A stretch of 64,000 nucleotides of DNA from Oscillospiraceae bacterium (GCA_017430985.1 JAFRLZ010000069.1:302-64301); one strand, 5' to 3'. Counted from the first letter of the stretch, positions 7,239 to 15,420 are shown. The notes: a model not told the origin generated them from the sequence alone. Made by a program: numbers and translations.

Positions 7239-8672
7239 GTGTTCTTCGAATGTAATCTTCCGAGGTCACTGATCCCGGTCTATCAGCCCTGGCTCTATCA
7301 GGCGCTGGAGAGCACGATCAGGACGGTGTATCAGAGGACGAAAAAACTCAACGCCGCGCTGGATTATCTCAATCGCTGCGGCTGTCCCATGCAGCCGGAA
7401 ACGTTTCAGCTTTGGGCGAGCTCCGTCTTTAAGCTGAATCCCGGCCGCTTCGATGCGCTTTCGCACGCGGAGCTGGCAACGCTCTGCATGTCGCTGTACG
7501 ACGGCGAGGAGCAGCCGAAGCGTCTGGAGTTTCCCAATGCCATTGTGCTGTATGATACCGCCTTTGTCACGACGAAGGATTGGGAGATCCTGCGGCACAT
7601 CGGGCTCGGCGGCTCGGACAGCTCGGTCACGAACGGTGCTTCCGAGTTCCAGACCGAAGAAGGGCTTTTCTATGAAAAGCTCGGCTATACGGATCTGCTG
7701 GCGGCTGCCGGGAAGAGACTCTCGGACGACAAAGGCGGCGCCGTATTCGAACGCGGTCATAACGTGGAAGATAAGGTGATCTCCATTTTCTGCGAAATGA
7801 CCGGAGCTGTTCGAATCCGTGAAACGCGCATGTTCCAGAGCAAGCGTTACCCCGCTTGCACGGCCAACGTGGACGCAATCCTCAGGATGCCTGACGGCGA
7901 AACGGTTCCCTTCGAGGCCAAGTCCACGATAGACCAGTACACCACGAAGCAGAAGTGGTTCGGCGATGCGGTTCCCATGTACTATCTCACGCAGGTGCAT
8001 CAGTATCTCGGCGTGCTCGACGATCCGCGCATCAAGCGTGCGTTTATCGGTTGCCTGCCGGTCAACGATGTCATTCTGGCGGATAAGTACATCGCCAGCG
8101 AGCCGGCCTACTTCAATGGTGAGCGTCAGTATTTCCATCAGGAAATCAAACGGGATCTGGAGATGGAAACCGCGGTCATGACCAATGCCCAGAATTTCTG
8201 GGACAGGTATATCGCCATGAATCTCAAGCCGAATCCCAGCGGGAAAGCGGACATGGATCACTATGTCGCGCTGCATTTCCGCCCTTCGCCTTTGACGGAC
8301 GACGCTGCTGCAGACCTTGAGACGCCCATCAATATCGCCTACGGCGATGTGGAGGACGACTACGCCCAGTTCAAAAAGCTGGATGCCGAGATCTCTTCGC
8401 TGCAGGAACGCATCAAGACGCTGGACGAGGGCCGGAAGGTTCTCAAGGATAAGCTGGCAAATCTTATGGGAGATTCCGTAGCCGCCACCGTGATCGATCA
8501 CGACGGTAACCCGATCTTCTATATGACCAACAAGCCCGGCGCCAAGATCACCTATGATCGGGAGATCCTTGAGAAATATTTCCCGGAGGCGGAAGAGAAA
8601 GCGAGGCGGGTTTCCTCCTATCTCACGCTCCGCGTAACGGAGAAGGCGCCCAAGAAGAAAAAGACCAAGTAA
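7239..8672 (+). CDS. YqaJ-like (lambda-exonuclease fold, PD-(D/E)XK) recombination exonuclease domain protein, 477 aa
   Basis: GLGGSDSSV...FYEKLGY...FERGHNVEDKV...ANVDAIL...FEAKST...VPMYYLTQVHQYLGV matches the YqaJ motif order. GTG start after GGAG. Has an extra N-terminal region of about 110 aa and a C-terminal coiled coil. Confidence 0.7.
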   Translation: MFFECNLPRSLIPVYQPWLYQALESTIRTVYQRTKKLNAALDYLNRCGCPMQPETFQLWASSVFKLNPGRFDALSHAELATLCMSLYDGEEQPKRLEFPNAIVLYDTAFVTTKDWEILRHIGLGGSDSSVTNGASEFQTEEGLFYEKLGYTDLLAAAGKRLSDDKGGAVFERGHNVEDKVISIFCEMTGAVRIRETRMFQSKRYPACTANVDAILRMPDGETVPFEAKSTIDQYTTKQKWFGDAVPMYYLTQVHQYLGVLDDPRIKRAFIGCLPVNDVILADKYIASEPAYFNGERQYFHQEIKRDLEMETAVMTNAQNFWDRYIAMNLKPNPSGKADMDHYVALHFRPSPLTDDAAADLETPINIAYGDVEDDYAQFKKLDAEISSLQERIKTLDEGRKVLKDKLANLMGDSVAATVIDHDGNPIFYMTNKPGAKITYDREILEKYFPEAEEKARRVSSYLTLRVTEKAPKKKKTK

Positions 8673-8747
8673 ATCCCGGAAAGGGGAGAGGGACATGAAA
8701 GAATTTCTGCTCCCCTCGCGGGCCGCTCCTGTAGAGGGGGTGACTCT

Positions 8748-10931
8748 GTGACGGGAGAAGAGAACCAGAAGCAGTTGGAAACTCTGGAAGCAACATTCCA
8801 ATCCAGCATCTTTGAGGCAGCGGACAAGAGCTTCTGCATTTACCGGTATATGCGTTCAGACGGATCGCAGGTGATCGCAGTCGGAACGGATCTGCCGAAT
8901 CGCAGACAGCTCCCCGTACTGCTGCATGGAACGTGGGAGATCTCCAAGAAAACCGGCGGCAAGCAGCTGCGCGTTGCTTACTCGGAAGCGGCGCCTGTGC
9001 GCGACAGGGATCAGGTCATTTCCTACCTGTGCTCTTTGAAGTGCGGGATCGGGAAAATGAAAGCCATGGCCATCTGGAAACGCTACGGTGAAGCCAGCTG
9101 GGACGTTCTGGACAACGATCCGGATAAGATGGTGAAAGACAAGCTTATTTCGCCAAAAATCCTTGAAAAGCTGATGGATGCGCAGAAAAGCGCGATCTTG
9201 TCCCGCAATCTGCTGAAGCTGTTCGCGGAGGCGAACATCCCGGTAGGCGGAGACATGATCCACCGTCTGATCGAAAGACACGGAGAAAAAGCCGATGTGC
9301 TGCTCCGTGATAACCCGTATATCGCCATCTCGCGCGATGAGCTGTCCTTCGAGAAGGCAGATGCGCTCGCTGATGCTCTCGGTTTTGCCAAAAACGATCC
9401 CCGCCGCATGGCCGCTGTGATCGTGAAGGTTCTGGATGACGCGGCTGTGAACGGTCATGTATGCGTTCCAAAGGAAATGCTGCTGGATATGGTCAAAACC
9501 TATACCGGCTGCCCTATGGAGGAATGCGTCAAGGCCATCAATGCCGCATGCCGTGAGAAAAAAGCTGTTTATAGCAGCGGCTTTGTGTATGCCAAAAGGC
9601 GATACGACGAAGAAACTGCCATAGCAGACAACATCCAGAGACTGATGACGGCCTGCTCCGATCCGGTCCGCGGCCTGGATGCGTTCATCTCAGACTACGA
9701 ACGCGAGAACTTCTCGCTTGCGGAATCGCAGCGGGAAGCGATCCTGCGCGTCTTCGAGTCCGGCGTGAGCGTGATCACAGGCGGCCCCGGCACAGGCAAG
9801 AGCACCGTCACGAACGCGATCCTGTATGTCCACAAAAAGGCGTATGGGGAGTCGAGCGAGCCGATCCTGCTCGCGCCGACCGGGAAAGCCGCAAGGCGTC
9901 TTGGAGAAGCGAGCGGCTGCGGCGCGCAGACGATCCACTCCGCCGTGGGCTGGCGCGGCGATGAAGTCGAGGCAGAGCCGTGCTCTCTGCACGGGAACCT
10001 CTTCATCATCGACGAGAGCTCCATGATGGATCAGTTCGTTTGCGATATCTTGCTGGAGGCCATCCCGAGCGGCGCCCGCGTCGTCTTCGTAGGTGACTGC
10101 GACCAGCTTCCGTCTGTCGGATGCGGCAATGTCCTGAGTGATTTCATCTCCTCGGAGGTGATCCCCACGACGAGGCTGCACGTCATCTTCCGTCAGGCCG
10201 AAGACAATCCGATCATCGAGAACGCCCGCCGAATGAACGAAGGCGACTCGAACCTCATATACACCGATACGTTTCGGTTTTATGAGGCGCACAGCTCCGA
10301 CGAGCTGTTCGAGTCCGCCTGTGATTTCTATGCGCGCTGTGTGGAAGCATACGGGATCACGAATGTGATGCTCTTGAACCCACAACGCAACCACAGTGAT
10401 CTGACTGTGGACCGGTTCAACGCCGCGCTTCAGGAACGCATCAACCCACCCTCCGACGACAAGAACGAAATCCGGATCGGTCGTCAGATCTTTCGGGAAG
10501 GGGATCGCGTCATGGAGCTGCGGAACACCGAGCGTTCCAAGAACGGCGATACAGGCGTGATCCACCGGATCGAGAAGCGGGAAAGCAGCACTGATCCTCC
10601 CGAGTTCTACAGCGTGGCCATCATCGAATTCAACGACGACGGCGTTCTGCTGGATTACAATGCGGACGACCTGCATCATGTGACGCTGGCCTATGCCAAT
10701 ACCGTCCACAAGGCGCAGGGCGAAGAGTTTCAGACCGTGATCATGGTCATCACAAAGGCCCATTACGCGATGCTTCGCCGGAATCTCGTTTATACGGCTG
10801 TTACGAGAGCCAAGCAGCATGTCGTACTTATGGGTCAGCTGGATGCGTTGGACACGGCCGTGAAAAACAATCAGGCGGATGTGAGGTATACCTTGCTGGC
10901 CGCCAGATTGAGGCACAAACTGAAGAAATAG
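8748..10931 (+). CDS. RecD-like (RecD2/SF1B) ATP-dependent DNA helicase, 727 aa
   Basis: Walker A GGPGTGKST, Walker B IIDESSM, VGDCDQLPSVGCGNV, TVHKAQGEEF, VYTAVTRAKQHVVLMG. GTG start after AGAGGGGG. Confidence 0.85.
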   Translation: MTGEENQKQLETLEATFQSSIFEAADKSFCIYRYMRSDGSQVIAVGTDLPNRRQLPVLLHGTWEISKKTGGKQLRVAYSEAAPVRDRDQVISYLCSLKCGIGKMKAMAIWKRYGEASWDVLDNDPDKMVKDKLISPKILEKLMDAQKSAILSRNLLKLFAEANIPVGGDMIHRLIERHGEKADVLLRDNPYIAISRDELSFEKADALADALGFAKNDPRRMAAVIVKVLDDAAVNGHVCVPKEMLLDMVKTYTGCPMEECVKAINAACREKKAVYSSGFVYAKRRYDEETAIADNIQRLMTACSDPVRGLDAFISDYERENFSLAESQREAILRVFESGVSVITGGPGTGKSTVTNAILYVHKKAYGESSEPILLAPTGKAARRLGEASGCGAQTIHSAVGWRGDEVEAEPCSLHGNLFIIDESSMMDQFVCDILLEAIPSGARVVFVGDCDQLPSVGCGNVLSDFISSEVIPTTRLHVIFRQAEDNPIIENARRMNEGDSNLIYTDTFRFYEAHSSDELFESACDFYARCVEAYGITNVMLLNPQRNHSDLTVDRFNAALQERINPPSDDKNEIRIGRQIFREGDRVMELRNTERSKNGDTGVIHRIEKRESSTDPPEFYSVAIIEFNDDGVLLDYNADDLHHVTLAYANTVHKAQGEEFQTVIMVITKAHYAMLRRNLVYTAVTRAKQHVVLMGQLDALDTAVKNNQADVRYTLLAARLRHKLKK

Positions 10932-10943
10932 GAGGAGATGAAA

Positions 10944-11162
10944 ATGCCGGAAATCAAACGGCGTTACGTGTACAATGGCGCGGTCTCCTCGTATGACCGC
11001 GTTATCTGTGACAGGTGCGCAGAGGTCGTCACCTGGGCAAGCTCCGCTTCAAAAGCGGAATCCAATGTCAAATTCCAGCTCCGCAGGCGCTGGAACATGG
11101 CGCAATACGTCCCTTTGAAACTTTTGGACAAGATCAGGGAAGCCCCTGCTTCTCCTGCCTAA
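10944..11162 (+). CDS. hypothetical protein (72 aa)
   Basis: GGAGG at 10931-10935 is spaced 8 nt from the ATG at 10944, so this start is preferred over 10938. Confidence 0.45.
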   Translation: MPEIKRRYVYNGAVSSYDRVICDRCAEVVTWASSASKAESNVKFQLRRRWNMAQYVPLKLLDKIREAPASPA

Positions 11163-11165
11163 AAG

Positions 11166-11194
11166 TGGACAAGAAAGCGTCAATGTGGTATAAT
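11166..11194 (+). promoter_or_regulatory. internal sigma-A-type promoter
   Basis: TGGACA, 17-nt spacer, extended -10 TGTGGTATAAT. Confidence 0.55.
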
Positions 11195-11223
11195 AAAACA
11201 AAAAAAGAAGAAGGAGAATCATC

Positions 11224-12267
11224 ATGGGTTACAACAACGGCAATGGCTACAGCTACAACAATGGCAGCGGCGGCTACGCTCCCCAGGGGCAGCCGCAGAA
11301 CGCGGCTCCTCAGGGCGGATACCCGCAGCAGACCCCTGCGCAGAACTATCCTCCTCAGGGACAGGCGCCCCAGTACGGCACCCCTCAGGGCGGATACCCG
11401 CAGCAGGCTCCAGCTCAGAATCCGGGTTACGCGCCCGCTCCCAACGGCAGCTACGGTCAGGCGCCTCAGCAGAGCGGCTACCAGCAGCAGGGGAGCGGCA
11501 GGGAGAAGGTGCAGTATAGCTCCTATATTGTGAACATTCCGGAAAACGCTTCCTGTCTGGAGGACACTCAGGTAACGGTCGCTCTGAACAACATCGACAA
11601 GAGCCTGAACCTGTATATCGAGCAGCTGACGAGCAAGAACAACAACCGCTGCGTCAAGTTCTCGTTCGATCTCACGATGGCGGACAGCGAGTGCAGCCGG
11701 CTCCTCGGCAAAGATGCCGTGGCGCCCGACCACAAGATACGCTTCGAAGCGCTCATGGCCGGCTGGGATGCGGAAAACTTCCTGAAGTATATCCCGCACT
11801 GCAGCAAGACCATCGTTCTGATGCTTCGGAAGCTGAAGCTCGATTCCTTCACTCGCAGGGACGGTTCATCGGTGCCGAAAGTGGATTGCCTGGTCAGCGG
11901 CTACTTCGTCGTGAACATGAGCAGCAAGTACAAGGCCGCTGCGATCAAGGCGGCGAATCTGGAAGAATCCAAGCCCTACCATGTGAACGTCCGCAAGCCC
12001 AAGAACGATGGCGGCGGCGCTCCCGCTCAGGCCCCGTATTCTCAGCAGAGCGCTCCCTATGGCGCTCCGCAGGGCGGATACCCGCAGCAGGCGCCCGCGC
12101 AGAACACCGGCTACACGCCCGCACCCAACGGCGCTTATGGCCAGCCGCCTCAGCAGAGCGGCTACCAGCAGCCGGGCGGCAACGGCTACGGCTACGGTGC
12201 TCCGCCTCAGAACGGTATGCCCGGCGCTACGCAGTACGGCGGAAGCGGCGGGAAACTCCCGTTCTAA
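11224..12267 (+). CDS. SSB-like OB-fold protein with Q/G/P/Y-rich N- and C-terminal low-complexity tails, ending in LPF
   Basis: The core segment IRFEALMAGWDAENFLKYIPHCSKTIVLMLRKLKLDSFTRRDGSSVPKV resembles the SSB pattern F..a.WG..AE....Y..KGS.v.V.G.L....f..rdG. The C-terminus GGSGGKLPF resembles the SSB ...LPF tip. The tails resemble an SSB Gly/Gln/Pro linker. Confidence 0.45.
   Translation: MGYNNGNGYSYNNGSGGYAPQGQPQNAAPQGGYPQQTPAQNYPPQGQAPQYGTPQGGYPQQAPAQNPGYAPAPNGSYGQAPQQSGYQQQGSGREKVQYSSYIVNIPENASCLEDTQVTVALNNIDKSLNLYIEQLTSKNNNRCVKFSFDLTMADSECSRLLGKDAVAPDHKIRFEALMAGWDAENFLKYIPHCSKTIVLMLRKLKLDSFTRRDGSSVPKVDCLVSGYFVVNMSSKYKAAAIKAANLEESKPYHVNVRKPKNDGGGAPAQAPYSQQSAPYGAPQGGYPQQAPAQNTGYTPAPNGAYGQPPQQSGYQQPGGNGYGYGAPPQNGMPGATQYGGSGGKLPF
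11383..11487 (+). repeat. 105-nt intragenic direct repeat, N-terminal copy
   Basis: Encodes PQGGYPQQAPAQNPGYAPAPNGSYGQAPQQSGYQQ. Paired with 12067-12171. Confidence 0.9.
12067..12171 (+). repeat. 105-nt intragenic direct repeat, C-terminal copy
   Basis: Encodes PQGGYPQQAPAQNTGYTPAPNGAYGQPPQQSGYQQ, which matches the N-terminal copy at 31 of 35 residues. Confidence 0.9.
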
Positions 12268-12293
12268 GCGTCAGGTCAACACAATACCGAGAA

Positions 12294-12327
12294 GGCGCAC
12301 AGAGTATATCTCTGTGCGCCTTTTTTT
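12294..12327 (+). terminator. intrinsic terminator after the SSB-like gene
   Basis: GGCGCACAGA / TCTGTGCGCC stem followed by TTTTTTT. Confidence 0.85.
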
Positions 12328-12348
12328 GCTTTTTGAAGCGCCGTTTAG

Positions 12349-12377
12349 TTGACAAGAAAATGCAGATATGGTAGAGT
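12349..12377 (+). promoter_or_regulatory. sigma-A-type promoter of the integration module
   Basis: TTGACA, 17-nt spacer, TG-extended TAGAGT. Confidence 0.6.
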
Positions 12378-12410
12378 GAAAACACCAACAAAAAAAGAAG
12401 GGAACCGGGC

Positions 12411-13244
12411 ATGGAACGCGAAGAAATTGATCTGACCATAAAAAATCTGGACAGGTTTTTTGACCAAGAAAGCGTAAAAATGGCGGACGATCTCGCCGAT
12501 ATCGCCGACAGCATTTTGCCAATCCTCTCCAAAGGCCCGTGGCAGCTTCCGGCCAGCTGTATCATCTCTGATGAAGGCAGAAAACTCGTCGCCAGAGATC
12601 CGGACCTTGGGAAACAAACTCTGGAACAGCTTGTAATCACGGAAAAAGATCTTTTTGATCCAAAGGCGCGAAGTTTCATTGCTACTCATACGCCAAGAGA
12701 GATCATAGACGAAGTTTTCGATTCAAACGGCGGAATAGGCCGTACGCACCTTGCTCTCTGCATCAGAGCAGCAAAGCAGCAGTACATTGCCGATGTCGTT
12801 GCCAGATTTGCCGACGATAAAAAAATCTCGTTCATTGAAGCTGCTTTCTATGTCAAAGCGCTTCACGTATGCAACGATTTTTGGTTCGTGATCCAACAAG
12901 GATATAAACTAAAAAAATACTTTTGGAAACCGGAACCGGCGATCCCGACGGAAGAAATGTCTCCCGCGCCTGTAAAGCCGAAAAAGAAAAAGCCTTCCGG
13001 CGCGAAAGCGACCTTTAAGCTCTCGAAGGATCTGCCGGAGTGCCCGGTCTGCAGCAGCAAGGCCATCATGCTGCGGGGCGGGGAGCGAGGCATGCAGTGG
13101 CAGGCTTGCTGCACAGACCCGGAGCAGAAGTGTGAAAACTATTTATTAAAGGAAACATGGTATCCCTCGGAAAAAGCAGCTGTTTCTGCATGGAAGAAAA
13201 TCGTGAAATCATGCGCAGCGAGAAATGAAACCAGCCGCTCATAA
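12411..13244 (+). CDS. hypothetical protein with C-terminal Lar-like (restriction alleviation family) zinc ribbon, 277 aa
   Basis: The C-terminus LPECPVCSSKAIMLRGGERGMQWQACCTDPEQKCENYLLKETWYPSEKAAVSAWKK fits the Lar-family pattern CPxC...C..C...eeA..aWn.r. The N-terminal 200 aa are unassigned. Confidence 0.5.
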   Translation: MEREEIDLTIKNLDRFFDQESVKMADDLADIADSILPILSKGPWQLPASCIISDEGRKLVARDPDLGKQTLEQLVITEKDLFDPKARSFIATHTPREIIDEVFDSNGGIGRTHLALCIRAAKQQYIADVVARFADDKKISFIEAAFYVKALHVCNDFWFVIQQGYKLKKYFWKPEPAIPTEEMSPAPVKPKKKKPSGAKATFKLSKDLPECPVCSSKAIMLRGGERGMQWQACCTDPEQKCENYLLKETWYPSEKAAVSAWKKIVKSCAARNETSRS

Positions 13245-13288
13245 TACGTCCTTGAGATGGGTAAAATGGCTCAAAAGGAGCATTTGAA

Positions 13289-13501
13289 ATGGATGATAAA
13301 AATGTAATAACCTATACCAAAGGCGAAGGCCAAATTATGGTTAAGAGATCCTTCTGCAATAACGCAAAACCGGTATCCGAAGCGATTAAAGATGTGATAA
13401 TTAAGAAAGCGCATGAAAAAAACATTTTGACGAGTCCGCAAAATCTTGATATGATGTTATCGTATATCGGAGAGCCGACTTGCATCCAAGAAGGAGGGTA
13501 A
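13289..13501 (+). CDS. hypothetical small protein (70 aa) immediately upstream of the recombinase
   Basis: AT-rich ORF. Its stop lies 2 nt before the recombinase ATG, and the recombinase RBS is inside its 3' end. Confidence 0.45.
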   Translation: MDDKNVITYTKGEGQIMVKRSFCNNAKPVSEAIKDVIIKKAHEKNILTSPQNLDMMLSYIGEPTCIQEGG

Positions 13502-13503
13502 AA

Positions 13504-15171
13504 ATGGGACGGCAAGCGGCAACAGATGCAGTTGGATATTATCGACTATCTGATGAAGACGATCTTGAAGGAGAAAGCGGAAGTATAAAAAACCAGCGAA
13601 AAATCGTCAGACAGTACGCCCGAGAACATGGCATCAGAATAGTGCGGGAATTTGTCGATGATAATTTTTCTGGTGCAACAACAAAAAGACCTGGTTTTCA
13701 AGAGATGCTTAGATTTCTTGAGACAGAAAAAACCATTAGTATTGTCATTACAAAAGATCTTTCGCGCCTTGGACGCAGTATTCAGGAAACATCTTTTTAC
13801 GCTGAAGTTTACTTTCCAGACCACGGTATTCGTTACCTTGCCCCGGATGACGGGTTTGATACGGACCGCGATAATGACATGGCTCCGTTTCTTTTTGCTG
13901 TCAACGATTTTTACCTACGGAACGGATCGAAAAAGGTTAAATCTGCCTTTCATATTATGGCAAGTCGAGGCGAGTTTTGCTTTAGAGCGCCCTATGGATA
14001 TAAAAAAGATCCGCAGGATAACCATAAGTTAATTCCAAATGAAGACACCGCACCTGTAGTTAAGCAAATATTCAGCATGGCATGCAGTGGTGCTTCTTCT
14101 TGGAGCATAGCTGAAGAACTAACTAAACAAGGTATCGATCCTCCGTTGAAATATCGTGTTGTCAATATCGAAAGCGCTTCATCTAAAAATGCAAAAATGG
14201 TGAGCGACGAATGGAACAACACAACGGTAAAACGTATCTTGACAAACCCGGTGTATCTTGGCCACACGTTTCTCATTAAAACAACAAAGAAACTGAAAGA
14301 GACCAAAAAAAGACCGGTGCCTGAAGACAAATGGCTCAAAACCTATAACACGCACGAGCCGTTGGTTTCTCAAGAGGATTTTGAGCTGGCTCACAGGTTT
14401 TTGGGGAAGCGAAGAAAAGACTACGAAGAAAACGATCAAGTAAGGATCAATGTTCTCAGCGGGCTTATCTTTTGCAAAACGTGTGGATCTGCCATGTGTT
14501 CCTCTGGAACAGTGTATAAGGGCGAACGGGAACGCTATTGGTATCTGTCGTGTTTGAATGCGCCGGCACGAAGTAAACATCGTTGCGAAGACCCGGCGAG
14601 GATCAAATATGATCTTATAATCGAAGTTGTCAAGGAAGATCTTAATGCACTTATTTCTCTTTCAGCAGAAGAAAAAAACAGCATTATTTGCCAAGCAATA
14701 CGTGAATATTCAAACCGCTATTCTCAACAAGATATCGACAAACGAATCAATGAGATAAAAAAACGCATCGATACAATTTCGGCCATGTCAGTAAGAGTAT
14801 ATGAAGATCTTCTGGAAGAAAAAATCTCACAATCTATTGTTTCGCAAATGATGAACAAGCTCAATAAAGAAGACGAAGATCTGAAAAAAGAACTAAAAAC
14901 TTTGGTCGGGAAAAAACAAACAACAGAGGATATCATAAGCGCCTATCGAAAGTTCTTTGAATTAACTGAGGCTTCAACAATAATAGAGGATTTAACACAT
15001 GAAGTTGTTGCCAAGTTTATTGAAAGAATTGAAATCGGCCCGAAAAAGTATCCGCCAGGAACCGGGAAAGTCTACGCGCGAAGCAAGGTTCCATATACCC
15101 AGGAAGTCAACATAAAGTATAAATACATTGGCTTCCAAAGCATGGGCAATGATAATATCACTGTCAAATAA
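13504..15171 (+). CDS. large serine recombinase (555 aa)
   Basis: Resolvase-type N-terminal domain (VGYYRLSDEDD with catalytic Ser, DLSRLGRS). Recombinase domain, Cys-rich zinc ribbon (CKTCGSAMCSS...C...C) and a C-terminal coiled coil. ATG at 13504 after GAAGGAGGG. Confidence 0.9.
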   Translation: MGRQAATDAVGYYRLSDEDDLEGESGSIKNQRKIVRQYAREHGIRIVREFVDDNFSGATTKRPGFQEMLRFLETEKTISIVITKDLSRLGRSIQETSFYAEVYFPDHGIRYLAPDDGFDTDRDNDMAPFLFAVNDFYLRNGSKKVKSAFHIMASRGEFCFRAPYGYKKDPQDNHKLIPNEDTAPVVKQIFSMACSGASSWSIAEELTKQGIDPPLKYRVVNIESASSKNAKMVSDEWNNTTVKRILTNPVYLGHTFLIKTTKKLKETKKRPVPEDKWLKTYNTHEPLVSQEDFELAHRFLGKRRKDYEENDQVRINVLSGLIFCKTCGSAMCSSGTVYKGERERYWYLSCLNAPARSKHRCEDPARIKYDLIIEVVKEDLNALISLSAEEKNSIICQAIREYSNRYSQQDIDKRINEIKKRIDTISAMSVRVYEDLLEEKISQSIVSQMMNKLNKEDEDLKKELKTLVGKKQTTEDIISAYRKFFELTEASTIIEDLTHEVVAKFIERIEIGPKKYPPGTGKVYARSKVPYTQEVNIKYKYIGFQSMGNDNITVK

Positions 15172-15200
15172 AAGAGCTTTTTGATGTAAAGAGTACACCA

Positions 15201-15323
15201 AGAGAGGTTGGCGTCAACCTGAAGAACGGTTACAACGGCGAGCTCACCAGCCGTCAGGCCGGTTCCATCGGCGGTCAGATGGTTCGTAAGATGATCGAGT
15301 CTTACGAGAACGGTATGAAGTAA
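15201..15323 (+). pseudogene. 3' fragment (40 codons) of an alpha/beta-type small acid-soluble spore protein gene, separated from its 5' part by the element
   Basis: Reads REVGVNLKNGYNGELTSRQAGSIGGQMVRKMIESYENGMK*, matching the SASP core (E.GV....TSR.nGSvGGemvkrmv). No ATG/GTG/TTG lies in frame between the upstream stop (15153-15155) and this segment. Has its own terminator downstream. Confidence 0.8.
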
Positions 15324-15343
15324 GCTCTTTTAGAGCAAACGGG

Positions 15344-15380
15344 ATTGCAGGGAAGCATGAGCCTCCCTGCAATTTTCTTT
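15344..15380 (+). terminator. intrinsic terminator of the SASP gene
   Basis: ATTGCAGGGA / TCCCTGCAAT stem followed by TTTCTTTT. Confidence 0.75.
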
Positions 15381-15390
15381 TGGAAAAATG

Positions 15391-15420
15391 TTGACAGTAC
15401 ATCTGAAAATGTCTTATCAT
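15391..15420 (+). promoter_or_regulatory. sigma-A-type promoter
   Basis: TTGACA, 18-nt spacer, TATCAT. Confidence 0.55.

Larger units (their letters stand above)
1..15203. mobile_element. Right-hand portion (at least 15.2 kb, left end outside window) of an integrated mobile element, ending in a large serine recombinase gene and an attR-type junction inside an SASP gene
   Basis: Uniform + strand array of ORFans plus YqaJ exonuclease, RecD-like helicase, SSB-like and serine recombinase genes. Visibly lower GC than the flank beyond 15.3 kb. The recombinase stop at 15171 is followed within about 30 nt by a start-less 3' fragment of an alpha/beta SASP gene. Confidence 0.75.

Noticed and set aside
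7239-10931. The nuclease + SF1 helicase pair as an anti-phage defence system.
   Set aside because: The gene context (SSB-like gene, DUF932-like gene, integration module, shared leader with the element's other operon) fits a mobile-element DNA-metabolism module. I see no additional sensor or effector signature that would support a defence call.
11224-12267. The intragenic repeats in the SSB-like gene as a diversity-generating retroelement (template/variable repeat pair).
   Set aside because: No reverse transcriptase gene (no YxDD-type motif) is present in the window, and the differences between the copies are not adenine-specific.
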